DNA of 64,000 bases from Vicugna vicugna (taxonomy: Eukaryota): NCBI GenBank assembly GCA_013265495.1, contig MU058449.1:62001-126000 (forward strand), read 5' to 3'. Shown one piece after another: positions 23,605-35,202 of the stretch. A model generated the notes under the pieces. The model had not been told where the DNA came from, made no database searches, and saw only the letters and a list, made by a program, of their open reading frames with translations. Made by a program: the position numbers and the translations under genes. Each line of letters begins with the position of its first letter. Position 1 is the first letter of the stretch.

Positions 23605-26600
23605 GCTGGGGACCTCAGATCTCCATGAATCAGCTCATGGATCTGGTGTTTAAAGTATTGAACAATAGAGGCAGGGCTAAAGAGGCAAAAAGGATTCAGG
23701 GACAACAGCAAAAGGCGCAGTTCTTAGCTGCAGCCTTCATCTCCGCACCACCTCAGATTTACCCTCTACCAAGGTCCGTGGTGAGGACAGGATCCAGGAT
23801 GCCTGCATCAGAACCACTGTCTCACCAAAAAGGAACCTGCTTTAAGTACAGCCAGGAGGGCCACTGGAAAAACAAATGCCCCGTGTATGGGAAAAGTCCA
23901 CCAGGACCCTGCCCCATATGCAAACAAAAAGGCCACTGGAAGCGGGACTGTCCCCAGTCCCAAAGGGGGCTTGCGGCTCCCAAACCAATGATGGCTGAGA
24001 TGACTACAGACTGACGGGGCCCGGGACCCTTCCTGGCTCCCACAGGACACCAGGTCATTTCTCTGGCAGAGCCTTGGGTAACCCTTGATGTGGCAGGTAG
24101 AAAAGTTGTCTTCTTATTAGGTAAGGTAGGTAAGGGAGCCACCTACTCTGTGCTGACTGCTTTCCCTGGACCCTTGCCCTCCCAATCCTGTGTAATAACG
24201 GGGATCAATAGAAGGCCCCCAAACAAGGTGCTTACTAAAAATTTACTTTTACACAGGAGTTTTTGCTGTTGGCTGAGTGTCCCTTCCCCTCGTTGGGAAG
24301 GGACCTACTTGCTCAGTAAATCCCAAGAAATAATCCAATTCAAAGACCCTTACATGAAAGACACACACCCCAAAAAAGGTCTCTTGGCTTTGGGAGCCTG
24401 CCTCAGTCCCAAGCCAGAAGAGGTCTCCCTCTACCCCATATTAAGTCTCAAGGAAACCCTCCTGTCTGGGAAACTGACGTCCCTGACAGAGCTACTATTG
24501 TCAGGTTAGCATCAGAAACGGAACCACGTGAGGCCACAGGCCAGCCTCTTCACATCAAAGGCCAAACCAAGAGCCTTAATGAAAAAACCTCTCAAACCCA
24601 GGAAGACTCCTCAAAAGTGTTTGTAAATAGATGGCCAAATGGGAGGCCATCGGTTGGACTAAACTGACCATCGCTGATATTTGGAGCCTAATAAACATTT
24701 TTTGGAAAAGTCTCCCCTAAGCTAAATGAGAAAAAACAAAACTGTCTTTGTTTTACAAATCTAGTCTCTACAGGACCAGAGGTGTGGCTCTAAAACTGAT
24801 ACAAAGCCCACCGACCCTTCCACCACTCCCCAAACCTCCCCTATGTATTTACCTTAAGAAGCAAGTATTTTAAAAAAGATGTTTTTTCTGGCCTTTGAAA
24901 AACAAAGTCTTTCTAGGAAAAACTTGCCTTTGAGATACAAATATTCTACCTTGTCTTCTCCAGGAACTCTGATCTCACCATCTTTTTAAAATGCAAATTT
25001 CAAAAAGGGGGGTGGGGAGGGATAAATAATTTGGAACTTAATTTGTGAAGGACAAGTAAAAATTTTATCTCTTTTTCATAAATATTAGTAAAGAGGCTTA
25101 GCCATCTAGATGGGCAACTTTGATTTGTTCTATCTGCCAAAAACCCCAGTTTAAATCCAACCTCTTTTGGAGCCAGTGGTTTTTACTTTGTTATATCTGA
25201 TTCATGACTGAAATTTAAACATGGAAACTATAAGGTGTCTGGTTTGTGTGTAATAGACGTATGGTATTGGCACAATTAAATGGTAAAAGAGCTCTTTAAT
25301 TGGCTGAAAGGAGATTAAGTACTTATATAAATACTCAAACATAGAGAAAACTGGCTAAAATAAATTTCAGGTTCACATTATCCAAAAAGGATTCAGTGCT
25401 GGTATTGGTATTGAAGCCAGCTTAAGCTCGTTGGTTTAATTAATATAAACTTGTCTTTAGAGACAACAGTGTTAAGTATAATACTTCGGTTGTGCCCAGG
25501 CTTATAGAGGTCAAGCAAAACTTTATTATATCTGTTACAAATTTGTCAACAAAAAAAGTAACTCAATGTAAAAAAACTTTCAAAAAGTAAACAAAATAAG
25601 AGATCTGGGGTAAATTCTATAGGAGTTTTCTTTTGAAAGTATCTACCTAAAATTATCTCTCCAAATTTTGGTACTTAAAACTAAGTTAAAAAGTTCACTG
25701 ACTACCTATGTCATTTATAAAACATTAAAACATTAATTGATGGGCAGATCTAAGTTTATCTACCTTTGCCTTAGGAAAAAAAAAAAAAACACTAAAGCGT
25801 AAGTTTCCAGTCAGGAAACGGTGATATGACAACCAATTCACAGTTGCTTGCTTCTTGGTTTTTGCCAGAGATTCATGGTTTTTGAGGGTTAAAATAATAA
25901 TACATGTAGTTAAAGCTCCTAAAATAAGTATTTCAGTATACAGTGGGAAAGTAAGATGTATGTTTCAGTAAGAGTTTCGTAAAAAAAACTACGGAAAAAA
26001 AAAAGAGGTTTCACACATAATCAGGATTTTAAAAATCTAACAAATTCAAAAAGTTCTTTGTAGCCCCAGGTAACTTTAAGATGCTTTAAAGAAAACTTGA
26101 GACATCTCAGATATTAAGCTAACTAGGATTATTTAATATGTTAAGTTAAATATAATCAGTCATAATTCCAGTCATTACAAACAAATCTCTATCAATTACA
26201 GGTGTTTAACCATGCCTTTTAAATCTTTTTGTTGTTACAGAATGTCAAGTTGTTACAAAGGTGCTTCATCTTTAAAAAAAATTCATCAGAAGTCAATGGA
26301 AACAGTGGGTTACAACAGTCCCAGTCAAATGATGGCCCATACCCTCAGCACTCTGGACACAAAAACAAAAGGCTGTCCTGCCCCTGGGGCCCCGGGATTA
26401 GGCATTCAGAGGTTTTTTGCTCCCTGATAGGCAGGGTCAATGCTCCTACTCAGCCTGGAAGTGGTTTCAGAAGACGACCATCATCCCTCTACAACCCCTT
26501 AAGAAGATTATGGGAGTAAAATCTCTGAGATGGGGATGAGACAGGAAGGGGGCAGGGCACAGCCATTCAAGGAATAACACAGCAATTAATACCAGAATGG

Positions 26601-26645
26601 CGAAAGATTCAACCCCCACTAGGCCTTGAGGCTCAAAATGGTCTT
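23605..26645 (+). mobile_element. ERV1 remnant: gag C-terminus, pro, pol start, long non-coding internal region, PPT, partial 3'LTR
   Basis: GPQISMNQLMDLVFKVLNNR...QKAQFLAAA; zinc knuckles CFKYSQEGHWKNKC (degenerate) and CPICKQKGHWKRDC; gag stop TGA 24012-24014 in frame with protease EPWVTLDVAGRKVVFLL..GATYSVL; PPT gagatgggga then LTR start TGAGACAGG at 26537. Confidence 0.88.
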
Positions 26646-28532
26646 TCACTTTATGTTTAACATCTATGAAGTATAAATATTATGTTATATTTATATCATA
26701 GACATACTTAAGGTATGGAAATTTTTAAAGAACTCAGTTATTTACTGGTTTACGTGATCTTAAAGATTTTCTTAATCAGATTTTATTTTTCATTAGTAAA
26801 AATAAGATGTAAAAAATGTTTCATGGAGTTTTATTGAGGAATAATAAATATAAATCTTCTAATAGGGCTGCACGTGGCTCATAGTGGCTGCTAAAAACCA
26901 CTGCTGATGGATTTTTACTGACTGTTAATCATCATTTTGTGCCAACTACCCCACACACATGCACATACATATCGTCTTCTATCATGTTGGCCCCAGGCTG
27001 TGCTAGATGATAAGTAGGTGCTTAGGTTACGCTTGTGAATGAGTGAATACCTGCCTTTAAAGACTCCATTCTCCCAGTATGTCTAGGCTTAGATCCTGGT
27101 CATACAGCCACGTGCATTTTCATAGCCCAAACACCCTAGCAGATTCTACTCCACAGGAACCTAGCAAGTGTTAGTTACTGGGTATCTGTCTAATCTGGTC
27201 CACACGACTGACCCACAATGTAGGCTTCTTGGAGGTCTGCACTAGATCTGTGAGGGCTACAAGGAAGGTAAAAAATTCTGAGTAGATGCGTCCAACATTC
27301 ACAGAAGAGAGTTCCTCTAAATCCTCATGAGAACATGCAGATTCAACATTCTTACTCCCTAGAACACATTGGCCTACAGAGGAAAGCCATCACCAGCTCT
27401 ATAAGTTTGATTCTTCCTGTTTCTAAGCATAACACCTTAAGTCACTCAGTCTCTGGGAATCTCAAAATCTTCTGATAAATAAACTAAAACCTCTTCTAGG
27501 TTCTGCTTTCTCACAGGGTCCTTAAGAGAACAGAGTATCAGTCTTTACATTAGAATATTGTACATACTATCAAGCATTGTGCTTGTAAGCAAGTTTTCAC
27601 TAAGTCCTCACCTTTTTTGGCAGACCAGACTAGGTTTCTTCTCACTACAAGTATCAAATTATCCCATTTTCACAAAATGCCTAATAATAAAAATAGCAGT
27701 CATAATAACAGCTAAAACTTCTGTAGCATTCACTATGGGCCAGGAACTATTAGATGCATTACATATATTAATACATTTAATCATTAAAACAGTCCAACAC
27801 ACTAAACAGACCAAAGCACAGATGGATGAAAAGATTTGCAAAAGAGCACACAGCCACTTAGTAGAAGGTGGCATTCTAACCAGACTGTTGAGTCCAAAAC
27901 CGCTGAGAAGCATGAAACAACAAGTTTCTAGAAAGCTAGAGCAGTCATAACTGGCTTACCCATGCTGGGCCACAGTTAAGTGGTTGAAGATGCAACAAAT
28001 CTGAATTGAGCTGGAGGGCTCAGATGCAAAGGGCCAACCAAAGACTGGATTACTTGTGAGGTGCAATTGGAAGAGGGGTAGTTTCGCTTTGGTAGAAAAA
28101 AACTTTGAAGAATGTCTGGCTCCTCACTAACTGCTGGGTAAGGACCAGGAAACACTTAGACTTCATCAAGGTTAGGATGTGAGACGTTAGATGATGAAAA
28201 TAGGCACAGGGAGAATGCTTAAGGAAAGAATACCTTGGAATGCATGGATTGTGTCAGTGCCTTATGGTGATGGACCAGCACGTCGGAAATACCGTTTTTC
28301 ATTTTAACTTCAAAAATCTCTCTTAACAATGGGTTTATTCGAGTTAACAATGCAAGAACTAAAGCCTAGTGGTTCAAGGACTTTGCAAGTTCACATGCCT
28401 GTGTACAGCAGGGATCCTTTTCCACCTGAGCCATGGTGAGACTTCAGAGACTGTCTTCTGCCCTGTTCCTAGAGGCCTTTCTCCTGGTTCGTTCACTGTA
28501 GGCAGAGATGGCAGTATTTGCAAAGCTTGGGA

Positions 28533-28704
28533 GGGGCGTGGTTGTAGACCCTCAGTCCTGTGTCTAAGAGATAAAGAGTTCAAGCCCTGGGAAGGGCTAA
28601 AAGTTAGGGCCTGTGTCTCATGGCTTAGATAGCACCCTTACCTCAACCCTCCTAACCCTGTGTGCACAGGAACTCCTGCTTGGGACTGCACAGGGGTTAG
28701 TCAT
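28533..28704. promoter_or_regulatory. Candidate erythroid enhancer motif cluster
   Basis: KLF site GGGGCGTGG 28533-28541; CTG-N9-GATA composite (CTG 28558-28560, AGATAA 28569-28574); AGATAG 28627-28632 next to CACCC; AP-1-like TTAGTCAT 28697-28704. Confidence 0.45.
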
Positions 28705-31629
28705 AGGTGAAGAATTATTTTCCTGCCATTTATGAGCTCTTGCATTACCAACTGCCCCACAACCATAGCTGACTTCCTCTAACCAACGTCCAACTGCTCC
28801 CAACAGTCCTTCGACTTGTATGTTTCCCAGTGCTGGTGATGGTCCTGGTTCCCCGCTTTCTATCCTAAATTCACGCTTCTGTAGCCACATTCAGACTCCT
28901 CAGACCCCAGAGAGGCAGGCAGAGGTCCTCAATGAATGGTTAGGGACATAAACTTCATCCTGCCATCAGGCCAACATATATTGAGCATCTACATGTGCTG
29001 GAGAATGTTGATTTAAGTGGAGGTGATGCCTGAATCACAGCCCCTGCCCTCAAAGTTTATTGCTAAAGACTTAAAAAAAAAAAACTGTATAATTTAAATG
29101 TATCAGATTGTGCTGAATAAAATCAAGTGCATTTTTATTGCAATGTTAAGTCTCACCAGGGCCTCAGTTCCCCTGGAATGGTGTGAAGCCAGCACAGAGT
29201 CACTTCCAGAGCCCTGTCAGGGCAACAAGATGACATGTGTATCTCACTGATGTGTTAATTTGTTAATACACTTTATGGAAGGACTTCCTTAGGGTAATAA
29301 ACCATGTCCACTCCTCTGACTAGAGAAGAAGGTGGTTGCTGACCAGGAAGTCAGAATACACTGGGTTGTTACTTATTCTATCTGTATCTAAATGCATCTC
29401 TTTGCAGCATTTTTTACCATGTGCTTATCTCAGGGGAGGAGGGGTAAGATCACTTCGATGCCTTGTTGCCAGGCTGGAACCAGCCTAGCATTGTTTTGTC
29501 TTTGGCACCTCTGTATGCTCTAACCCCATGGTTTCTGTAGCTGGCAAACACCAACGATATTCTCATAACACTGATCTCAAGGCACTGAACCTGTCGCTGG
29601 GTGACCTCTAATCCCTCAGGTTCACTAGATACTTCCGCAAACTCATGGTGTAATAAAGACCTTATTTTAAGGTCTGGCCCAGTTCATGGCCCTAGTGCTC
29701 CAAACGTCTACAGCATACGTCATCAGACAAAAAAAGAAATGTTCTTTGGCAACTGCAATAAACCACCACTTGAAGTCAAGGTTATTACCAGCATTATTAA
29801 AGACATTCTTGGTTTTACGGTCTTTTCTTTGCCCTGTGCTGAGTGGGCTGCTGTGGCAAAGAGGAGAAGCAGTGGTAGTTGCATGGGCAACACTCTGTAG
29901 CCTACTGTGTTTTTTTCTTTTCATGGCTATCCAGCAACTCTTAGGAAAACATGGAGAGCACAATGATTGAAAATTGTTCACTAAAAATCAACCTTTCACA
30001 TAACCACATTAAAATGAAAATTTATCAGTGGAAACTCAGGGAAGCTGAAAAAGTTGCCCTATGAATTTGGCTTCAGGACGCTCAGAACACATGCTCAGGA
30101 AAGAACAGGCAGACCCTGCACACAGGGGGCTTGGTTGTTCACTTTTGGAGTCTCCTGTCACAATGGATGGGCAAACAGCTTAGAGGGATGCCCCAGAGTG
30201 GCAGGAATATCCAGACATGTACATAGAGATGTGGGAACAAGAGGAATAGAAAGACACAGAAACATCATCCACCCTTAGTTTATTATTTTGTGTAATAAAG
30301 AACATTTTAATAAGCTCCGACTCTATTCAAAGCATTGTGCTTAGAATGAGTATCATAGTCCACAGGGAAAGGGGAGAGATAGATAAGGAAGAGGGAGTTT
30401 CACGTGTGACAGGCATTTCTAAACAGAAAGAAACACCAGTCTCACGGGCCTGTCAGTACATGACACATTACACGGCTTTAACATGCACCAGATTTGCCAT
30501 AGCCCCACTTTTGCTTATTGGGCTTGCCTCCCTATTACCCTAAATTCCAATGATTCTGTGATGTTCTTCTCCTTTAGTGATCAAGGGCAAAGGATTTTGC
30601 AAAGGTCAGAAGTTCACCTGTGTCTAGACAGAACCAAGGGACCTGATTTCATCCATCTTCAAGGAAATACACTGCCCTGGGTGGCCTGCACAAGGCTTGT
30701 TGAACCCTGGCATCTTAGTCTTTCTGCTTCCTGTATTGAATCTATAACCACCGTTGCTGCCACCATTGAAAATGGGATCTTATCTGGCCGAGAGGTCCTC
30801 CTCACCTGGTGTGTGGGTGACACCTACACCTACAGCCTGCTGTGAAAGCCTTTTCTCCAGCCCAGGACTTCTTTCACACCTAGTACAAGTATCTCCTTTT
30901 TCTTTCTTTCCCAGCTAATTACACACATACTTTACCCTTTATGGCATGAGGAATACATGCCAACCTCCATTCATGTCCAGTTCCAACCTGAATTAATTTC
31001 CTCTCCAGGCTCTGATTATACATAACTTCTAATAAACTCTTTCTCATCAAGATTCATAATAAAACTTCTTCCTCTGGACCAAGAATTGACTTACTTCTTT
31101 ATTTGAATTAACTGTACTGTGTAAAAACTGAGCATTCGTATTTTAGATATACACTGTGCACAATAGTCATCATTAGAAATTAGCTCAAATAGATACTGCT
31201 TCACTGATGACAATATTCCAGAAAAGGCAACCAACTTTGCACAAGGAACAAAAGAAGTGAAAGTCATTGGTTGTGGGAACATCCAGACCTTAAGGAAAAG
31301 ACAACTGTAGATGGAATCTGCTGTAAATTTTTTGGATCATGCCACAGGACATCAGAGCTGCTGTTAGTAGGATAAGAGTATTTGAGCACAAAATGAGTAT
31401 CAGTTGAGCACATGCTAAGCACCTTGCACTGTGTTTAAGTTTTTACACAGCTTACTATACTTCACCCTCATAAAAAAGGGAGCAGCAGAAGAAAGAGTTG
31501 TGTCTGAAAGATTTTTTTTTGACAGCTGTCCATCTATTTTAATATATTTCTTAGAAACTTGTGCCAGTCATATTATCCTTATGTTTATAATCTCTTAGTC
31601 CTTTCCCAGATAGGAAAGTGTAAATGTCA

Positions 31630-31786
31630 CTTTTTTTTTAATTAAAAAAAATTTTTAATTTTTTTGGGGGGTAGGTAATAAGGTTTTTTAAAATTTATTT
31701 TTATTTTAATGGGGGTACTGGGGATTGAACTCAGGACCTGGTGCATCCTAAGAACACGTTCTACTACTGAGCTCTACCCTCTCCCC
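31630..31786 (-). mobile_element. tRNA-derived SINE (camelid type)
   Basis: Minus strand GGGGAGAGGGTAGAGCTCAGTAGTAGA...GAGTTCAATCCCCAGTACC plus A-rich tail; 11-bp TSD tgtaaatgtca at 31619-31629 and 31787-31797. Confidence 0.9.
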
Positions 31787-31794
31787 TGTAAATG

Positions 31795-32731
31795 TCATGT
31801 TTTTGATGATGGCAGAGAGAATAACTGGAGTATGCTACTGCGAATCTGCTTAGTTTTAATGCTGTAGATGACAGGATTCATAAAAGGGGAGAAAAACAAA
31901 TAGATGTAGCTCATTGTGATGTGTACCAGATGAGGGGCTTTCTTCCCAAATGTGTGGATGAATGTCAAACCAACCACAGTGACATAGAAGACTAAGATGT
32001 AGCAGATGTGGGAGACACAAGTGTTGAGGGCTTTGGCCCTCTCCTCTCCAGAAGCAATGCTCACGACAGTCTTGAGAGTCATAATATAGGAGCAAAAGAT
32101 TGTCAGACAGTCCAGTAGGGCCATAGAAAATATCACCACAATAGGATACAGGTGATCGAAGGTGATGTCAGCACAGGAGTTTTATAACATCCTGATGGAG
32201 GCAGAATGCATGAGAGAGGACATGAGATCTGCAACAGGAAAACCAATAGAGAGGCAGTATTGGGGGCAAGATGAGAGCAAATCCCCTCATAAAAATGCCC
32301 ACCCTAATCTTTATCACTTGAGTGTTGGTAAGAATGGAAGTGTATCTCAGAGGGTTGTGCATGGCAATGAACTGATCATAGGCCGTGGCAAGCAAAATTC
32401 CAGACTCTATGATGGAGAGACTATGGATGAAGTAGGCCTGAAGAAAGCAGGCTCCACGGCTCATTTCTCTGCGACTCATCCACACCATGCACAGCACAGT
32501 AGGCATGGTAATCAGGGTCATCCCAAGGCCTGCAGCTGCCAGCATGGCTAAGAAATAGTACCTAGGCTCCTGAAGGCTACGGTCATTTCTGAAGAGAAAT
32601 ATGAGAATGCTGTTGCCAAGAAGGATGGAGATGTAGACTACAGATAATGGGATGGAGATCCAGTGGTGGGCCTTTTCCAGGCCCACAAATCCAGTCAGCA
32701 GAAAGGGTGAGACACGCGTGTTGAGTCCCAT
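31795..32731 (-). pseudogene. OR51B-subfamily pseudogene
   Basis: ATG 32731 (MGLNTRVSPFLLTG). 2-bp deletion at HQDVIKL (ctcctgtgctgac versus ctggcctgtgctgac in OR51B5) splits it into ORFs 32168..32740 and 31795..32139. Also PMY>PRY and MAYDR>TAYDQ. Confidence 0.93.
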
Positions 32732-35151
32732 GATGGGCACTATAATAGAATAAGGCTTCTCTTAAGGAAACCCTATGTATAGGTCTGCAGGTCTTCAGAA
32801 ATTTTCCTTTAGTGACTTCTGTTTTTCTGAGTGTAGAGCTTCCCTGAACTGCAGTGACACCAAAGAAATGAAGCATCCATTCTTGGGAGAGTCTCGGAGA
32901 TGGAAAGAAATAACAGTAATAGGAACAACAACTACAAATTTAGTTCTAGTAAATCTGCCAGGCAACATACTAGGCATGGAGAATACAGTCATGAGTGCAC
33001 ACAGAGTTGGTTCTTGTTCTTGTGAACCTCAAAGCTTCAACAGCTTCAAGGAATAAAAGAGAAATAACACTGACATAAAATAAAATGATGATAGAAGACT
33101 TACAGTATTCCACAGGAGCATGTAGATTACTTACTTTAATAAATCTGGCAAGGTTTGGGAACAGTGAAGGAAGGCTTCCTCAGGGTAATATCTGACAGAT
33201 GTGTGGGAATCGATCATGTAAAGAAAGGGAAATTTTTGTTTTTTCCAGAATTTTCTCAGAAGAGAAATTTCTGAGGCAAGAATGAATTGAAAAAATAATG
33301 GATATTCAATGCAGTTATAAAAACGCAGGTGAGAGCAACAAATGATTAGATTGCCGAGGTCTGATTTGTTTGAAAAATCATACAAGACGGCTAACGTGAT
33401 ACCACAGGTAAGGCTCTAAAATCGTTGACCATCTGTGCTTTGTAAATACATTTATCAGTGTTGGGATAAACTAGGACATGAGATATGCCAATATATCATC
33501 ATAGACATTAAGGAGAATTTTCTAGAGTGAGTTTATAACATATATGTATAACTCCTCTAAGACCTCTACACTTTGACTTTTAGAAAACTCCTTAGTTGAG
33601 GTCCCAGCTCCTCCAATTTTTAACCATGTAATTTTGGGCAAATCCTTTGGACTCTCTCAGCTTACAATCCTCAGCTGGAAATAAATGAGACTAGCCAACT
33701 TCGTCTTGTCCTGTGAGGAGTAAGTGCGATATCATTTCAGAGTTGGTCACTGGTAAGACACTGTGCATTTGTAGGGGGTTGGGTTACATTTATTGTAAAG
33801 GGCCATTCTGATTCTGTCTGGCAGAGGCAGGTGGGAAGCCATCACACTCAGCTATGTTGACTCATTCTGAGTTATTCAAAATATTTAGTGGAGAAGAGGT
33901 TTAGGATAGTGGGGTTTTAAGAAGGCTTGGGGTGATAGTGACTGAAGCAAATAGCTAGGATTAGTGAAAGGTTACTGGTGTCTGTTGTGGGGTGGGGAGA
34001 AATGAGAAGAGGGGGGCACTTTGGTGAGCACAGACCAGACCATCTTGAGGCTTGGGCTGCCTATGAGGTTGGGGGCGGGGGCAAACTTGACCTTGGTAGA
34101 ATTCAGAAGAGAATCAAAAGTATAAAACAGAAACAGAAACAAAACAAAGCAAAATAACAACAAGAAACAGTATTTTGGCAGGGATGGGTCTCCCTTAGTT
34201 GCCTATTTGCACACGTCTAGTCAGTGTTGTTTCCTATGCCAGGCTGAGGTAGAGGGAAACAGAGATAGAATAATTGCTTCTTATTACACAACAAACATGG
34301 TCTACATGTGTTGCATATGCCCCCTTACTTTTAACAGAATGCCCACAGAAGTCTTATTTTCCCCATTTTTAAATAACTGATCCTGAAAATGATTCAAAGC
34401 ACTTCAAAAGGTCAAAATGCAAGGAAACAGCTGAGTTGTTCTTTTTCTGTATGACATTAGACAAGAGGAATTCCAGAAATTTATAATCTGTTCAGTAGAA
34501 TCTGTGAGAAAATCAGCTTTTTTTCCCTCCTCAATTCATTGTGCTAAGCTTTGGGTTTACAAAGGAACAGATAGTAAAACATTATCCCTGGAGTCAAAGG
34601 ATTTCATTTATCGTGGAGTAACATATATAAATGTAAAGTTAGAAAATATTCTACTAGATAAAGAAAAGATAATAAATGTAATAAATACAAAGTGAAATTT
34701 GAGTTAAGAGGAAGAAGCATCTGAATCTTCTGGGGAGACTTTCACATAGGATGTGCTCTAAGAGGTGAATCTGGAAGGCCAAAGAAGATTCCATGATAAA
34801 TGCAGAGAACAAGGGAGAAGAGGGTAATTCATATTCTAGGCTTAGGAAAGAGCATGTTTGAAGGCAGAAAAAAATGCAAGAAAGACTAAATGTATTGGAA
34901 AGCAACAGGATATATGTTATTGGGTAATTGGGAAAACTAGATGAGATTCAGTAGTTGTGGTCTTGGTGACAGGAAATTGAGAGGTGCCTTCTCTTTCCTA
35001 CAGCCTGTCTTATGAACAATGTTAATCATTATTTGCTCAATAAAAAAAAAGTCTTAATATGTCATCTTTCTGTGTTCACATTCAAGGACTAAGCATCTCT
35101 GCTTGGTTCAAGCAAGTAATGAGCATACTTTGTGGAGCTGGATGGCGGTAA

Positions 35152-35202
35152 TGTGTGTGTGTGTGTGTGTCTGTGTGTGGGTGTGGGTGTGGGTGGGTGT
35201 GT
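35152..35202. repeat. (GT)n / (GGGTGT)n microsatellite
   Basis: Directly visible. Confidence 0.9.

Noticed and set aside
23472..24014. 180-aa zinc-knuckle ORF as a domesticated gene
   Set aside because: GTG start; the first ~45 codons are antisense pol across the ERV junction; the first knuckle is mutated.
29601..29981. Three overlapping ~100-aa ORFs, one with a hydrophobic C-terminus
   Set aside because: No recognisable domain, splice structure, poly(A) or TSD. A BLASTX/Dfam search would be needed to rescue it.
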